Shown: positions 53,787 to 64,000, numbered from the stretch's first letter. The stretch: 64,000 bases of DNA from an uncultured cyanobacterium (GCA_963749915.1 CAVVOP010000008.1:352001-416000); one strand, 5' to 3'. Made by a program: numbers and translations. Notes: generated by a model not told the origin, from the sequence alone.

Positions 53787-54869
53787 ATGAATAGTGATAA
53801 TTTTAAAATAATAGATGTCATCATCAGAATTACTGTAATAACTTTTATCAGTATTTGGTGCTTTACTCTTCTTCGTCCATTCATTAGCATTATACTTTGG
53901 GGCACAATTATAGCAGTTGGCTTTTATCCTCTTTTTCAATGGCTTAAAAATCGTCTTGGTGGACGAGCAAACCTAGCGGCAACATTGATTGCGATCGTCT
54001 CCCTCGCTATTATTCTTGGTCCTGTTGGACTTATGGCCAAAAGTCTAGCTGAAAATATTTATAATTTAGCTGAGAATATTACTAACGGCAGATTAGTTAT
54101 ACCGCCACCACCCGAAAATTTGGCACATTGGCCTTTAATTGGTGAATTTTTAAAAGGAATCTGGCAATTAGCCTCGGTCAATCTGGGGGAAGCATTCAAG
54201 ATCTTAGAACCACAATTGAAAAAATTAGCCCCTACTTTATTAGGCATAACTGCTAATTTAAGCCTAGCAATTCTCCAATTTATCATTTCCATTATCATTG
54301 CCGTTGCCCTGATGCTCAATACTAAGACCCTAAGTCCCAATTTAGTTCGTTTTGTCAGCAGATTAATACCAAATAAAGGTCAGACTTTGGTAAAACTTGC
54401 CTCCTCGACTTTACGTAATGTGATTCGTGGTGTCATCGGCATTTCAGCTATTCAAACTTTAGCAATTGGGATTGGCATGATTATGGCAGGAATTCCTTGG
54501 GCGGGTATATTGACATTATTATGCTTACTCTTGACAATTATCCAAATTGGACCTGGATTAGTCGTACTTCTGACCTTGATTTATGCTTGGGTAAAAATGA
54601 ATACTATCGTGGCATTGCTTTATACAATCTGGATGTTACCGGCAAGTTTAATCGATAACGTGTTAAAACCGATCCTGATGTCACGTGGATTACCTGTCCC
54701 CATGATCGTTATTTTTATGGGCGTATTTGGGGGAACACTTGCACATGGAATCATCGGTTTATTTATTGGCCCAGTTGTACTAGCGTTGGGTTATGAACTT
54801 CTTAAAGCATGGATTAACGATGATTTTAGCGGCCTATCAGAGACAAGCTTACGCCACACCCCCGAGTAA
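53787..54869 (+). CDS. AI-2E family transporter
   Basis: Multiple TM helices; DN.LKP.LM, GV.GG...GIIGLFIGPVVLA. Confidence 0.9.
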   Translation: MNSDNFKIIDVIIRITVITFISIWCFTLLRPFISIILWGTIIAVGFYPLFQWLKNRLGGRANLAATLIAIVSLAIILGPVGLMAKSLAENIYNLAENITNGRLVIPPPPENLAHWPLIGEFLKGIWQLASVNLGEAFKILEPQLKKLAPTLLGITANLSLAILQFIISIIIAVALMLNTKTLSPNLVRFVSRLIPNKGQTLVKLASSTLRNVIRGVIGISAIQTLAIGIGMIMAGIPWAGILTLLCLLLTIIQIGPGLVVLLTLIYAWVKMNTIVALLYTIWMLPASLIDNVLKPILMSRGLPVPMIVIFMGVFGGTLAHGIIGLFIGPVVLALGYELLKAWINDDFSGLSETSLRHTPE

Positions 54870-54900
54870 ATTAATCATAATACTACTATGCAATCAAGTT

Positions 54901-55195
54901 CTGGTTCTAACGGATTTTGTGATCAACCAGTTTTTAGGGGTCTTCGACCATTCATCGAACTGGCAATTAGCAAATTGTGCAGCCAGTTGTGATGGTATTG
55001 AAATCCATTGAGGTCTTTAAAGGGCGAAATCCGCTCAGAGTCTGATGAGCAAGTTCTTGAAGAATAGGGATGAAAATTCCACACCAGTGCCATCGAGGGT
55101 ACATAGAGTCGAGCTGATTCTTTCGTGCCGTGAAAGTATTGCAGTGTCGGCGATCGCCCTTGATTTCTAATGACCACAAAATCCGTTAGAACCAG
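54901..55195 (-). mobile_element. 295-bp MITE-like element, copy 2 (inverted)
   Basis: Reverse complement of 48147-48441; two mismatches noticed. Confidence 0.88.
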
Positions 55196-55221
55196 CAACG
55201 TGGGGCTTCTGCCCGAAGAAG

Positions 55222-56370
55222 CTAAAGACTAATCATCTTCCACAAATCCTCATATTGTTTAATGGATACTGGGGGTAAAGTCTCAATAAACTCACTTTTA
55301 GCCAAAACCTCCGAAGACATTTGCGGAATTTTGGGATTACTTTTTAACGGCGATCCCATAATAGGTGAGACTCCATTGGTAAATAAATTGATTTGTTTTG
55401 CGGATTTTTCTTGCCAACAAAAATCAATCAAGTCATAAATTTTCTCTAATTGTTGAGGATTATTGTTTTTTTGCCGGGGTCTCACCCATATATCCGCCCA
55501 TAAAGATGTGCCAGAATCGGGTATTACTGCTGATATATTACTATATCCTTCGACAATTTGTAATATATCCGTTGACCATCCTACCGCTAACCAAGTATCT
55601 CCTAGAATCAGGGGCTGTAAATAATTAGTATTATCATAAAATTTGACTTGTTTTTGCAATGCTATCCACTGTGATTTAAGTTCGGAAATGGAATTTAAAT
55701 CCTTTGTATTATAAGAATAACCAAGTTTTTTTAAAATAAGACCTAAAATTTCTCTAGGTTGATTTAATAGGGAAAATTTACGGGTAATATCTTTTCGCCA
55801 CAAATCACTCCAATCTTGGGGTTGCCACCCTAATTCCGCAAATTTATCATGACGATAAGCTATCATCGCACATCCCCAACGATAAGGTGCACCCCAAACT
55901 CGCCCGTTATCAGCCAATTTACTTTCATTATCTCTAATGGCTAAATTCTGAAATCGGGGAGGTAGATTTTGCCAATTTTTGAGTTTATTTAATTCTAAAG
56001 GCTCAATTAATTTTTCGGCGATGGCCAAATTTAACCAATAAGCACCTAAAGTTACTAAGTCGTCAGGTGTGGACAAAGACTGATCAGGAAAAAATTGAGG
56101 CAGGCTAAAAGTGGAGTTATTTTTTTCGGGAACCGGTGCTTTACCTTGCCATGTCAATAATAAATTATATATATCTTCAAGAGTCGATTGTGGTTGAAAT
56201 TTAATTGTCCCTAACTTTCGTGATTCTTTTTGTAACGCCACTAGTAATTGTATAGGAATTGAGCCTTGCAACAGTGCTATTTTGAGATCATAATTTTCTT
56301 CACAAGCGGACAACAAGAAAGCAATAGTTAAACTACTTATACCCCACAAAAAAGAGCGACGATTCACCAT
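55222..56370 (-). CDS. ABC transporter solute-binding lipoprotein (PotD/PotF-like)
   Basis: RRSFL leader, LSAC lipobox, PYRWG, WSDLW, GTSLWAD.W. Confidence 0.82.
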   Translation of the reverse strand: MVNRRSFLWGISSLTIAFLLSACEENYDLKIALLQGSIPIQLLVALQKESRKLGTIKFQPQSTLEDIYNLLLTWQGKAPVPEKNNSTFSLPQFFPDQSLSTPDDLVTLGAYWLNLAIAEKLIEPLELNKLKNWQNLPPRFQNLAIRDNESKLADNGRVWGAPYRWGCAMIAYRHDKFAELGWQPQDWSDLWRKDITRKFSLLNQPREILGLILKKLGYSYNTKDLNSISELKSQWIALQKQVKFYDNTNYLQPLILGDTWLAVGWSTDILQIVEGYSNISAVIPDSGTSLWADIWVRPRQKNNNPQQLEKIYDLIDFCWQEKSAKQINLFTNGVSPIMGSPLKSNPKIPQMSSEVLAKSEFIETLPPVSIKQYEDLWKMISL

Positions 56371-56413
56371 ATCAATTAGTCATTAGCAATTAGCAATGCA
56401 CAATTATATCAGG

Positions 56414-56705
56414 TTAAGTTCCACAGTTATTTAGTGAACTACCATCAATGGTGACCATGTGGATAAAACTGCGGTTATTTCCTGCCTCCCGTGCTCCTCG
56501 CAAAGTTTTTCCGTCCAGATGATCGAGTTCTCCATCGCTCAGCCGATGAACAGCTTGCATCCATTGAATAAAACACGATTGTAATTGTTTTGGATTCAAA
56601 CGAGCGAATAACCGAGAAAAGGTGTCATGGGATGGAATACCACTGGGCAAAGCGAGAAACTTTTTCAACCATTGCTCTTTGGTGCGACCGTATTCAGCTA
56701 TTTTA
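56414..56705 (-). pseudogene. ISAs1-family transposase internal fragment
   Basis: IAEYGR.K..WL..FL.LP.GIPSHDTFSR.F...DGKTLRG. Confidence 0.85.
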
Positions 56706-56814
56706 TAGTTTTGTTGCGTATTGTTAAGAACTGTGTGCGATTCTCCTGCTCATTTCTTTCTAAAAGTATCCTGGTCAAACGTGATATGCTAAGATATTTC
56801 CGTCATTATCAAGT

Positions 56815-57423
56815 GTGAGGAGGCAAAAAAAATTGAATTACTGGGTACAAAAAAGACTACAATGTTTACAAGAAGCACTTAACCACAAATACTGTCTTAA
56901 TATAGATCAAGTTACAGATATTGTAGCTTCTAGTTTTCAGGCAGGTCATACTTTATTAATTTGTGGCAATGGTGGTTCTGCAGCTGATGCACAACATATT
57001 GCGGCCGAGTTTGTAGGGCGTTTTCAACTTGATCGTCCGGGTTTACCTGCCATCGCACTGGGGACAAATCCAGCTACTTTAACAGCATGGAGTAATGATC
57101 ATGAATTTGAGACAATTTTTGCCCGGCAGGTAGAGTCTTTTGGTAAACCAGGAGATGTGTTATGGGTATTATCAACTTCGGGAAGATCTCGTAATATTAT
57201 TCACGCCTTAAAAGCTGCTAAAGAAAGGGGTTTAATTACCGTCGGCATGGCAGGGAACAACGGTGGTATGATGAGTGGTTTAATTGACTATCCTCTTTTT
57301 GTCAGCGAAAAAAATACCCCTTACGTTCAAGAAATACACTTAATCACCTATCATCGTATTTGTGAACAAGTAGAGGCTCAATTATTTGCCCATAATATCG
57401 TAGAAAAACCTTTAGCAGTATAA
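56815..57423 (+). CDS. gmhA: Phosphoheptose isomerase (SIS domain)
   Basis: CGNGGSAADAQHIAAE, ND..F..IFARQV, STSG.S.N, QE.H; start may be TTG near 56833. Confidence 0.9.
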   Translation: MRRQKKLNYWVQKRLQCLQEALNHKYCLNIDQVTDIVASSFQAGHTLLICGNGGSAADAQHIAAEFVGRFQLDRPGLPAIALGTNPATLTAWSNDHEFETIFARQVESFGKPGDVLWVLSTSGRSRNIIHALKAAKERGLITVGMAGNNGGMMSGLIDYPLFVSEKNTPYVQEIHLITYHRICEQVEAQLFAHNIVEKPLAV

Positions 57424-57447
57424 TCAACCAGAGTTCGGAGTTCCAAG

Positions 57448-58401
57448 CTAAAGCAGAGATAATTCTCCTGCTACTTCTAGGCGTTTATAGTCGTCAATAC
57501 GCAAAAACTTATCCCCTAAATTTTCTGCAACGGTGGGGGTAATCCATCCCATTTGTTTTAAAATGTGAATGGCAGTAGCATATTTTGCCCGTTTACTACC
57601 GTCAAGGATTTTTATGGCTAAACCCATATTTTGACCGATATTACCAATACACTGAATACCTTCAGCACCGGATTTACTCACCAACATTCCGTCGGTTAAA
57701 TTCATTAACTCCGTGTCGAAAGCACCTTCTCCGGCTACCATTGTCGGATGATTTGTCATAGCGCGGACAATTCTTTCTAAGTCGATACTATTACCAGAGG
57801 CCAATTTTGCGTATAAAGTCGCCATTTGTCCTAATTCTAGAGCATAAGTGGGCACACCACAATCGTCTCTAGCAGTCATAATTTCTGCCCCCGGAATGGA
57901 CAATAATTCGGCTATCTTCTGTAAGATTAATTGCTGTACGGGATTAGAGCGATGAAAATAGGTATCCAAATTCCAGTTTCGCTGTTGACAGACTGCCAAC
58001 ATTCCTGCGTGTTTCCCTGAACAGTTATACTGTAAAGCACTGTTTTTTCCTTTGGGAATGGGACATTTTAAGTAACTTGCTTCAATATCTGCCCGCCACA
58101 AAATATTAAATACTTGTCTAGCTTGTTCTATACTACCTTGATGGGAACTGCAAATGATTGCTAAATCTTTATCATTTAAGTCAAATCTTTCCATTACCCC
58201 TGTACTTGTAACCGCTAAGGCTTGAAATGGTTTCATTGCTGATCGCATAAAAGAAACAGTTTCAGCGTCTCCTGCTACGGCTAAGATTCTACCCCTATCA
58301 TCAGCAACGACAACCTCTCCCTGATGGATGGATTCGACTATGCCTTCTCTGAGGAGATGTATTTCTAAACGGTGATAGGGAGGACGTTTTAATCTTGTCA
58401 T
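57448..58401 (-). CDS. L-asparaginase II family protein
   Basis: RSAMKPFQ, CSSH.G, NCSGKHAGML, SKSGAEG. Confidence 0.9.
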   Translation of the reverse strand: MTRLKRPPYHRLEIHLLREGIVESIHQGEVVVADDRGRILAVAGDAETVSFMRSAMKPFQALAVTSTGVMERFDLNDKDLAIICSSHQGSIEQARQVFNILWRADIEASYLKCPIPKGKNSALQYNCSGKHAGMLAVCQQRNWNLDTYFHRSNPVQQLILQKIAELLSIPGAEIMTARDDCGVPTYALELGQMATLYAKLASGNSIDLERIVRAMTNHPTMVAGEGAFDTELMNLTDGMLVSKSGAEGIQCIGNIGQNMGLAIKILDGSKRAKYATAIHILKQMGWITPTVAENLGDKFLRIDDYKRLEVAGELSLL

Positions 58402-58409
58402 TTTTTATC

Positions 58410-58444
58410 TAAGTAATAAGTAATAAGTAATAAGTAATAAGTAC
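58410..58444. repeat. Heptamer tandem repeat (AAGTAAT)n, STRR-like
   Basis: taagtaataagtaataagtaataagtaataagta. Confidence 0.8.
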
Positions 58445-58509
58445 ATAAATTATTTATTGCCTATTGCTTAATTATCCACTGTTAATTGTCTATTGTCCAT
58501 TGTTGATTG

Positions 58510-59022
58510 TCAATGAGTAGTCACCCATAGTGCCAGTACACCACTAAATATTAAACTAAGTAATAAGATAAAACTTTTTTGTAATCTCGCTAGAATTGGT
58601 TGGACTTGATACTGAAAAATGAGTTGATCTCGGCGATAAAATTCTAGAGGTTTTTTCCATACTTGCCCGTCATACCAACTCGATTCCTCATAGACTATTT
58701 TTGTTTTTTTTAGGCGATCGCCAATATATGACCAACCCAAGTATAAGCGTATTAAGGCAAAAGTTACAAAAAGAGACGCACCTAAACCACTAGAAAGTAA
58801 AAAAGGTAAACTGGCTTCTTGAGGAAAAAAACTAGCGGCGGAAATGGGGGCAGAAATTAATAAACTAAATGCCCAGACCCCCATAAGTTTAAGGGCAAAT
58901 TGCCATTTAGATAATGTCACCCACCGAAAAAACCATGATTGTGCTAATTCTTGATATTCATTTACAGGTTGTTGCTCTGATGGTACAGGACAAAAAATAT
59001 TAGAGGGTTCATTCATAATCAA
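58510..59022 (-). CDS. ycf36: CGLD27/Ycf36 (DUF1230) family membrane protein
   Basis: CPVP.EQQPVNEY, RLYLGWSY, YEES.WYDGQ.W.KP. Confidence 0.88.
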   Translation of the reverse strand: MIMNEPSNIFCPVPSEQQPVNEYQELAQSWFFRWVTLSKWQFALKLMGVWAFSLLISAPISAASFFPQEASLPFLLSSGLGASLFVTFALIRLYLGWSYIGDRLKKTKIVYEESSWYDGQVWKKPLEFYRRDQLIFQYQVQPILARLQKSFILLLSLIFSGVLALWVTTH

Positions 59023-59084
59023 TTGATAATTGATAAAAAAGGCAACTGGGAACAGTCAAAAATATATAATAATTCTCAATTAAT

Positions 59085-59510
59085 TTATGGCTTTGTCGGT
59101 GAAAAGATAGTTTTTTCAGCACTGCCCCAAAAAGCCTCTAAATCATAGAATTGACGAGCTTCAGGGAGGAAAATATGAGCAATAACATCACCATAGTCAT
59201 GGAGTATCCAATTCCCTTCGTTTTTGCCTTCTATCCTTGTGGGAAGACGATTTAATTTTTCATAAATTTGATCTTCGATAGATAGAGAAATTGCCTGTAA
59301 TTGTGGCTGAGAAAAACCTGTCATAATCACAAAATAGTCCGCTAAATAAGATAATTTTTCTACATTTAACAAAACAATATTATCCGCTTTGCGATCATCG
59401 GCGGCATCTGCGATAATCAAGGCAAATTCCCTACTGGTGATGGACGGAGTCGGTTGATTAATTTTTTCTTCGTTGGAATAGTTTTCTATGGGTAAATGTG
59501 ATTTAGTCAT
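59085..59510 (-). CDS. rsfS: Ribosome silencing factor
   Basis: DRKA.NI, ADYFVI.TG, W.L.DYGDVI.HIF, R.FYDLE.FW. Confidence 0.93.
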   Translation of the reverse strand: MTKSHLPIENYSNEEKINQPTPSITSREFALIIADAADDRKADNIVLLNVEKLSYLADYFVIMTGFSQPQLQAISLSIEDQIYEKLNRLPTRIEGKNEGNWILHDYGDVIAHIFLPEARQFYDLEAFWGSAEKTIFSPTKP

Positions 59511-59672
59511 TCAAATTCTTGATCTCTTTATCTATAATTATAAATAGATGCTAGGGTTTTTGGTTAATTTGCCACATCTAACTTCAAAATCTAACTGCAA
59601 AAGTACTTATAGGAGATTGATTATGTTAATCTCTAAGTTTGGAATCCACACATATGTTCTTGAATTATTTAC

Positions 59673-60653
59673 ATGAAATATTTAACAAAATTTATTTTCA
59701 ATGTATTTCGTTTTATCTCCTTATTAATAACCTTAGTTATTTTAAGTATTTTCGCTTTTTTTATTTATATTTATCAGATAGAACCGCAATGGATTGAATT
59801 TAAAAATATTGACCTAAATTTACCGAACTTAAGTCAAGAATTTGAAGGATGGAAAATAGTCCAAGTTAGCGATATTCATATTAGTGAATGGATGACAGAA
59901 GAAAGACTAGAAAATATCGTCAATTTAATTAATGAACAAACACCCGATATAGTAGTTTTAACAGGAGATTTTTTCTCTCAAAGTGCAACTTATTCTGGTA
60001 GAATTGATGACATTTCTCTTTCTTATGTTAATGAACATCCTTCTGTTGTTAAACGAATTGTCGAAAAAACAGGTCTTTCTCAATCAAAATCTCAGGAAAG
60101 ATCTTGGGATGATGATAGAAAAATTTTGAGTAAGACTCTTAGTAAATTAAAACCTCGTTATAAAAGTTTTTCTGTGTTGGGAAATCATGATTATGGGACA
60201 AATGTTAAGTTAGTAAGACGGGGCTTAAAAGATGCTAACATTATCAATTTAAGAAATAGGATTCATACAATCAACAAGAATAATGGCATTCTTAATATTG
60301 TCGGTATTGATGATGTTATATACAACAACGATAACCTAAATTTAGTATTAGAAAAATTGCCAGAAACGGGAGTTAACATTCTTCTCGTTCATGAGCCAGA
60401 TTTTGCACCCCAAAGTGCGGCGACTAACCGTTTTGACGTACAATTATCAGGTCATTCTCACGGTGGACAAGTTAATATTCCTTTCCTGGAACAACTTTAT
60501 TTGCCCCGTTACGGAAAGATATATATTCAGGGTTTATATAAGGTCAAAAATATGATCCAGTATACTAATCGTGGGGTAGGAATGGCCTATCCCTATATTC
60601 GTTTTAACTGTAGGCCCGAAATTACTATTTTTACGCTACATAGCAGTGGATAA
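59673..60653 (+). CDS. Membrane-anchored metallophosphoesterase
   Basis: SDIH, TGD, GNHD, HEPD, SGHSHGGQ motifs. Confidence 0.9.
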   Translation: MKYLTKFIFNVFRFISLLITLVILSIFAFFIYIYQIEPQWIEFKNIDLNLPNLSQEFEGWKIVQVSDIHISEWMTEERLENIVNLINEQTPDIVVLTGDFFSQSATYSGRIDDISLSYVNEHPSVVKRIVEKTGLSQSKSQERSWDDDRKILSKTLSKLKPRYKSFSVLGNHDYGTNVKLVRRGLKDANIINLRNRIHTINKNNGILNIVGIDDVIYNNDNLNLVLEKLPETGVNILLVHEPDFAPQSAATNRFDVQLSGHSHGGQVNIPFLEQLYLPRYGKIYIQGLYKVKNMIQYTNRGVGMAYPYIRFNCRPEITIFTLHSSG

Positions 60654-60715
60654 TTGATAATGGACAATAGATTAGGCAATACTATTGCCCATTATTTCAA
60701 ACCATAATTATTAGC

Positions 60716-60982
60716 TTACAATACCCCAAAGTTAGATAAGCCTAAAATGACTCCGGCACCTAATATATGTCCAAAACTGGTAACAGCTAATACAGCAGGC
60801 AGTCCGAAGCCTCCGAAGAATGGAGTTCCAGGTAATTGTGGATCTGAGTTAGGCTGCTGGATACTGATTTTACCAATGACGATCGCAACAATATTACAAA
60901 TAATCATAGTGATGGCCACATTGAGATTCCAGGGAATGGTAGTGGGGACAGTGGCGGCTAATAAAGAGGTTAGATATAGCAC
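60716..60982 (-). CDS. psaK: Photosystem I subunit PsaK
   Basis: Two TM helices; SFGHILGAG.ILGL motif. Confidence 0.92.
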   Translation of the reverse strand: MLYLTSLLAATVPTTIPWNLNVAITMIICNIVAIVIGKISIQQPNSDPQLPGTPFFGGFGLPAVLAVTSFGHILGAGVILGLSNFGVL

Positions 60983-61156
60983 TAATTTTTCTCCAAAAAT
61001 AATTGATCATGTTTTCAAAGTCTTAATTTTAAGTGTTGAAGGAAAAAAAACAACTATTTTGTTGCAATACTTTGCAATTTCGTAAACTATTGTAAAGTTG
61101 TTAATTTTTTGTTGAGAGAATTAAATAATAAGAGGGATTAATTTGAGAATTTGGGG

Positions 61157-62053
61157 ATGAAAACAGGTTTAATCGTTATTTGTGGGGCAACGGCCAGTGG
61201 TAAGTCTTCTTTGGGGTTAACATTAGGTCAGAGGTTGAATACTGCTATTATTAGTGCAGATTCTCGGCAAGTTTATCAAGAGTTCGACATTGGCACAGCT
61301 AAAGCCACTTTACACGAACAAAATTTAGTAACCCATTATTTGATTGATATTTGTCGCCCCACAGAAACTTTAACTTTAGCTGACTATCAAAACAAGGCAC
61401 AAACTATTATCAATTCTTCCCCTTCTATTCCTTTACTCATAGGCGGTACGGGATTATATCTGGATTCTGTTACGAAAGGGTTCAAAATTCCGAGGGTTTT
61501 TCCTCAACCTCAACTGCGATCGCAGTTAGAATATTATAGTCAAAAAGAAAGATATAGTTTTTTACAACAAATTGATGCTAAATCCTGCGAAAAAATTCAC
61601 TTTAACGATAAAATTAGGACGATCAGAGCCTTAGAAGTTTATTATGTCACGGGGAAGCCGATTTCCGAGCAACAGGGAGAAAATCCGCCACTATACCCTA
61701 TTTTATATATTGGCTTGCATTGCGATGGAGATGCCATAAATCAACGTATTGAAAAACGTACAAAGATAATGATAGAAGCGGGATTAGTAAGGGAGACGGA
61801 GAATTTAATTGATAAATATGGTATAGATTTACCATTATTAAATACTTTAGGATATGCCGAAATTAAACAGTATTTAAAAGGGGACATTCCCTTAAATAAA
61901 GCCGAAGAATTAATCATTGTTCATACTCGCCAATATGCCAAAAGACAACGAACTTGGTTTAATGCCAATCCGAATATCATATGGTTTAATGCTGATTCTC
62001 CTAATTTAATCGAAGACGTGTGGAACTTAGTTAGTAGTTGGGGAAATTCATAA
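61157..62053 (+). CDS. miaA: tRNA dimethylallyltransferase
   Basis: GATASGKS, SADSRQVY..FDIGTAK, GGTGLY, TRQYAKRQRTWF. Confidence 0.96.
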   Translation: MKTGLIVICGATASGKSSLGLTLGQRLNTAIISADSRQVYQEFDIGTAKATLHEQNLVTHYLIDICRPTETLTLADYQNKAQTIINSSPSIPLLIGGTGLYLDSVTKGFKIPRVFPQPQLRSQLEYYSQKERYSFLQQIDAKSCEKIHFNDKIRTIRALEVYYVTGKPISEQQGENPPLYPILYIGLHCDGDAINQRIEKRTKIMIEAGLVRETENLIDKYGIDLPLLNTLGYAEIKQYLKGDIPLNKAEELIIVHTRQYAKRQRTWFNANPNIIWFNADSPNLIEDVWNLVSSWGNS

Positions 62054-62292
62054 TTTTTAATTGTGGTTAATTGTTAATTCCTTTTCCTTCCAAAAAATTT
62101 CTAAAGCAAAATTTAGGTTATTAATTAGAGAATTACTGCAATTTTAAACACAATACAAAATTGATGTGTTATGATCACGACCATAGCATTTTTAAGTCAA
62201 AGCTGATAAAAATTTTGTCAGTAATGGATTAGCGAAGGAGTAATGCTGATAAATATTAATGATCATTATATATCCTCAATCATTCAAAGATT

Positions 62293-62442
62293 ATGAACAA
62301 ATTAATTCAAAAAATCATCATTATTACCGTGTTAATAATTGTCGCTTATCCCACCTATGATTTTATCAGAGATTTTGCCGATCAAAGAATAGCTAGAGTG
62401 CAAGATACTAACTATAATTTTTCTCGTTATTTACGCTCTTAA
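62293..62442 (+). CDS. Candidate 49-aa single-TM small protein (not in ORF track)
   Basis: MNKLIQKIIIITVLIIVAYPTYDFIRDFADQRIARVQDTNYNFSRYLRS. Confidence 0.45.
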   Translation: MNKLIQKIIIITVLIIVAYPTYDFIRDFADQRIARVQDTNYNFSRYLRS

Positions 62443-62641
62443 TTTGTGACTGGACTTTGGACAAAAAGGAATCAGTTAGCGTAATTCCTACAATAACTAA
62501 AAGGAAAAACAAGAGGGATTGTCATCAGCCGTCCAATAGCTGAAAATACTGTTAAATTAACCTTACTTAACAATTGAGCAAAACAAAGAAATTGGTTGAT
62601 GAGAGAAAATAAATAGTCAATGTAATTATTTTGACTAATTT

Positions 62642-63000
62642 ATGAGTAACTCACCAATAGCATCTTTGTCAAAACATTTTGAAAATTTAACGGATCCTCG
62701 TGCCGAACATAGTATTGATCATCTTCTTATTGATAAGCGTAATAATCACCATTTGTGCCGTGATTTGTGGTGCCAATAACTGGGTCGAAAGGGTTACAAA
62801 GTATTGGGATGGTAGAATCCGAACGTCGAGTTAAGGAGAAAATAACGGTAGAGCAGCGATACTATTTAATGAGTATTGAAAGTGATGCTCAACGTTTTGC
62901 TCAATCAGTTCGTAGCCACTGGGGCATTGAAAATCAACTTCATTGGGTTCTGGACGTGGGTTTTCAAGAAGACAGCCTGAAAGGATGCCTTGGTTATTCA
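62642..63000 (+). pseudogene. ISAs1-family transposase remnant with large internal deletion
   Basis: N-terminal HF..L.DPR...ICAVICGA..W joined to RYY..S...VRSHWGIENQLHWVLDV.F.ED. Confidence 0.85.
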
Positions 63001-63497
63001 TTAAACGATCTACCCCACATTCCGCACGTCAATTTGCACTATGTCATGTAATACCTTAACGCCTTGTTTACAAAATATTCTCCAAGTAATAAAACAACGA
63101 AATTGAGATTAAACAAATATAAATACTGTAAAAATCTGTATATGGCGATGCCAAAGGCACAGCGAAGCTGCCCGCAAAAAACAATAAATATATGTATTAC
63201 CTATAGTAAAGTTGCGTAAAAGTCATTAAAATATGATTGTTTTCTAAAAGAACATGCGAAATGTGGGTTAAATGTTTCGATTACTACTCTAAATACAATA
63301 CAGCAGTACCTTAATAACCATGAGGAGGAAGCATTGAGAGCTTTGCTCTGACGCTCTTGCGATCGCGCAGCGGCGCACTGCGTGCGATCGCGCAGCTTAT
63401 GGAAGCAGCGAATCAATTTGTAGCTTATAAAAAGAATTTAGGCTTTATTTAGGCATAATTCTTCTTTAAGTCCAGTTAATTATTCTTCTGTTTTTTA

Positions 63498-64000
63498 ATG
63501 AGAAACTTTTTTTATATATTTTTGGGATTTTTAGCAGGACTAATAGGTATATTATTTAGTCAAGTTTTATTATTAATTCCCTTAATCGATTATTTGCCTA
63601 GTTTTTTTAGTAAAGCTGCTTTATTTTTGTTTCCCATTACAAGCACTGCTTTAGCTGTTTCAAGGGTTTGGGGGGAAATATTCTTAAACAATCCTACTCG
63701 TTTTAAAGATAATTTAAAAGTAGTAAAAGAACCAACATATCAAGCGATTAAGTTAGGAATTATTAGTGGATTAGTAGCAGGTATTTTATCTATTTTTGTG
63801 GGTTATATTCCTGTTAGTGGTTCATTAATTAAGTTAATTGGTTGGGTTTTAATAGGTGGAGCGGCGGGATTAGCTCATGGTATTACTTGGAAGAATTGTA
63901 CTATTGAAGGAAGTCAAAAAGAAAGAGCGATTAAGTATATGGGCATGAGTACAGGGGCTGGTTTTGAATTAGATAATTATGACAGAAATTTTTCTTTTAT
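63498..64000 (+). CDS. Hypothetical multi-pass membrane protein, runs off the window end
   Basis: Open frame from ATG 63498 (MRNFFYIFLGFLAGLIG...) with several Gly-rich hydrophobic helices; no stop before 64000. Confidence 0.65.
   Translation, partial: MRNFFYIFLGFLAGLIGILFSQVLLLIPLIDYLPSFFSKAALFLFPITSTALAVSRVWGEIFLNNPTRFKDNLKVVKEPTYQAIKLGIISGLVAGILSIFVGYIPVSGSLIKLIGWVLIGGAAGLAHGITWKNCTIEGSQKERAIKYMGMSTGAGFELDNYDRNFSF

Noticed and set aside
63201..63416. 71-aa minus-strand ORF
   Set aside because: Non-ATG start, runs through the HIP1 repeat, no recognisable motif.

Overview
AT-rich cyanobacterial chromosomal window: GCGATCGC (HIP1) sites recur and psaK, ccmO and ycf36 are present. Most of it is housekeeping: fabZ-lpxA, pheT, leuA, speD, moeB, menG/ubiE, ddl, pilT, dnaG, nadC, rimP-nusA-ylxR-infB with a probable 6S RNA upstream, pepN, ndk, ccmO, glcD, gmhA, rsfS, psaK and miaA. 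The standout is a ~12.3-kb accessory island (~12751-25125) bounded by an imperfect direct repeat of the 5' end of menG/ubiE. It carries two paralogous FGE-sulfatase/CLec-fold genes whose 3' ends differ like diversity-generating retroelement (DGR) variable regions, plus a C-terminally truncated Avd gene. I found no reverse transcriptase or template repeat in the window. These genes are interleaved with a Ycf46-like AAA ATPase, DUF1257, DUF2997, a GrpE-like gene and an Hsp70-like gene, and with inserted toxin-antitoxin, XisH/XisI, Rpn and four-helix-bundle cassettes. The ATPase and both DGR targets share an N-terminal QP(G/E)KYDAVI peptide. Elsewhere there are two four-helix-bundle genes each enclosed by long inverted arms, an inverted pair of 295-bp MITEs, and ISAs1/IS630 remnants. 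All family calls come from motif recognition by eye; no database searches were run.
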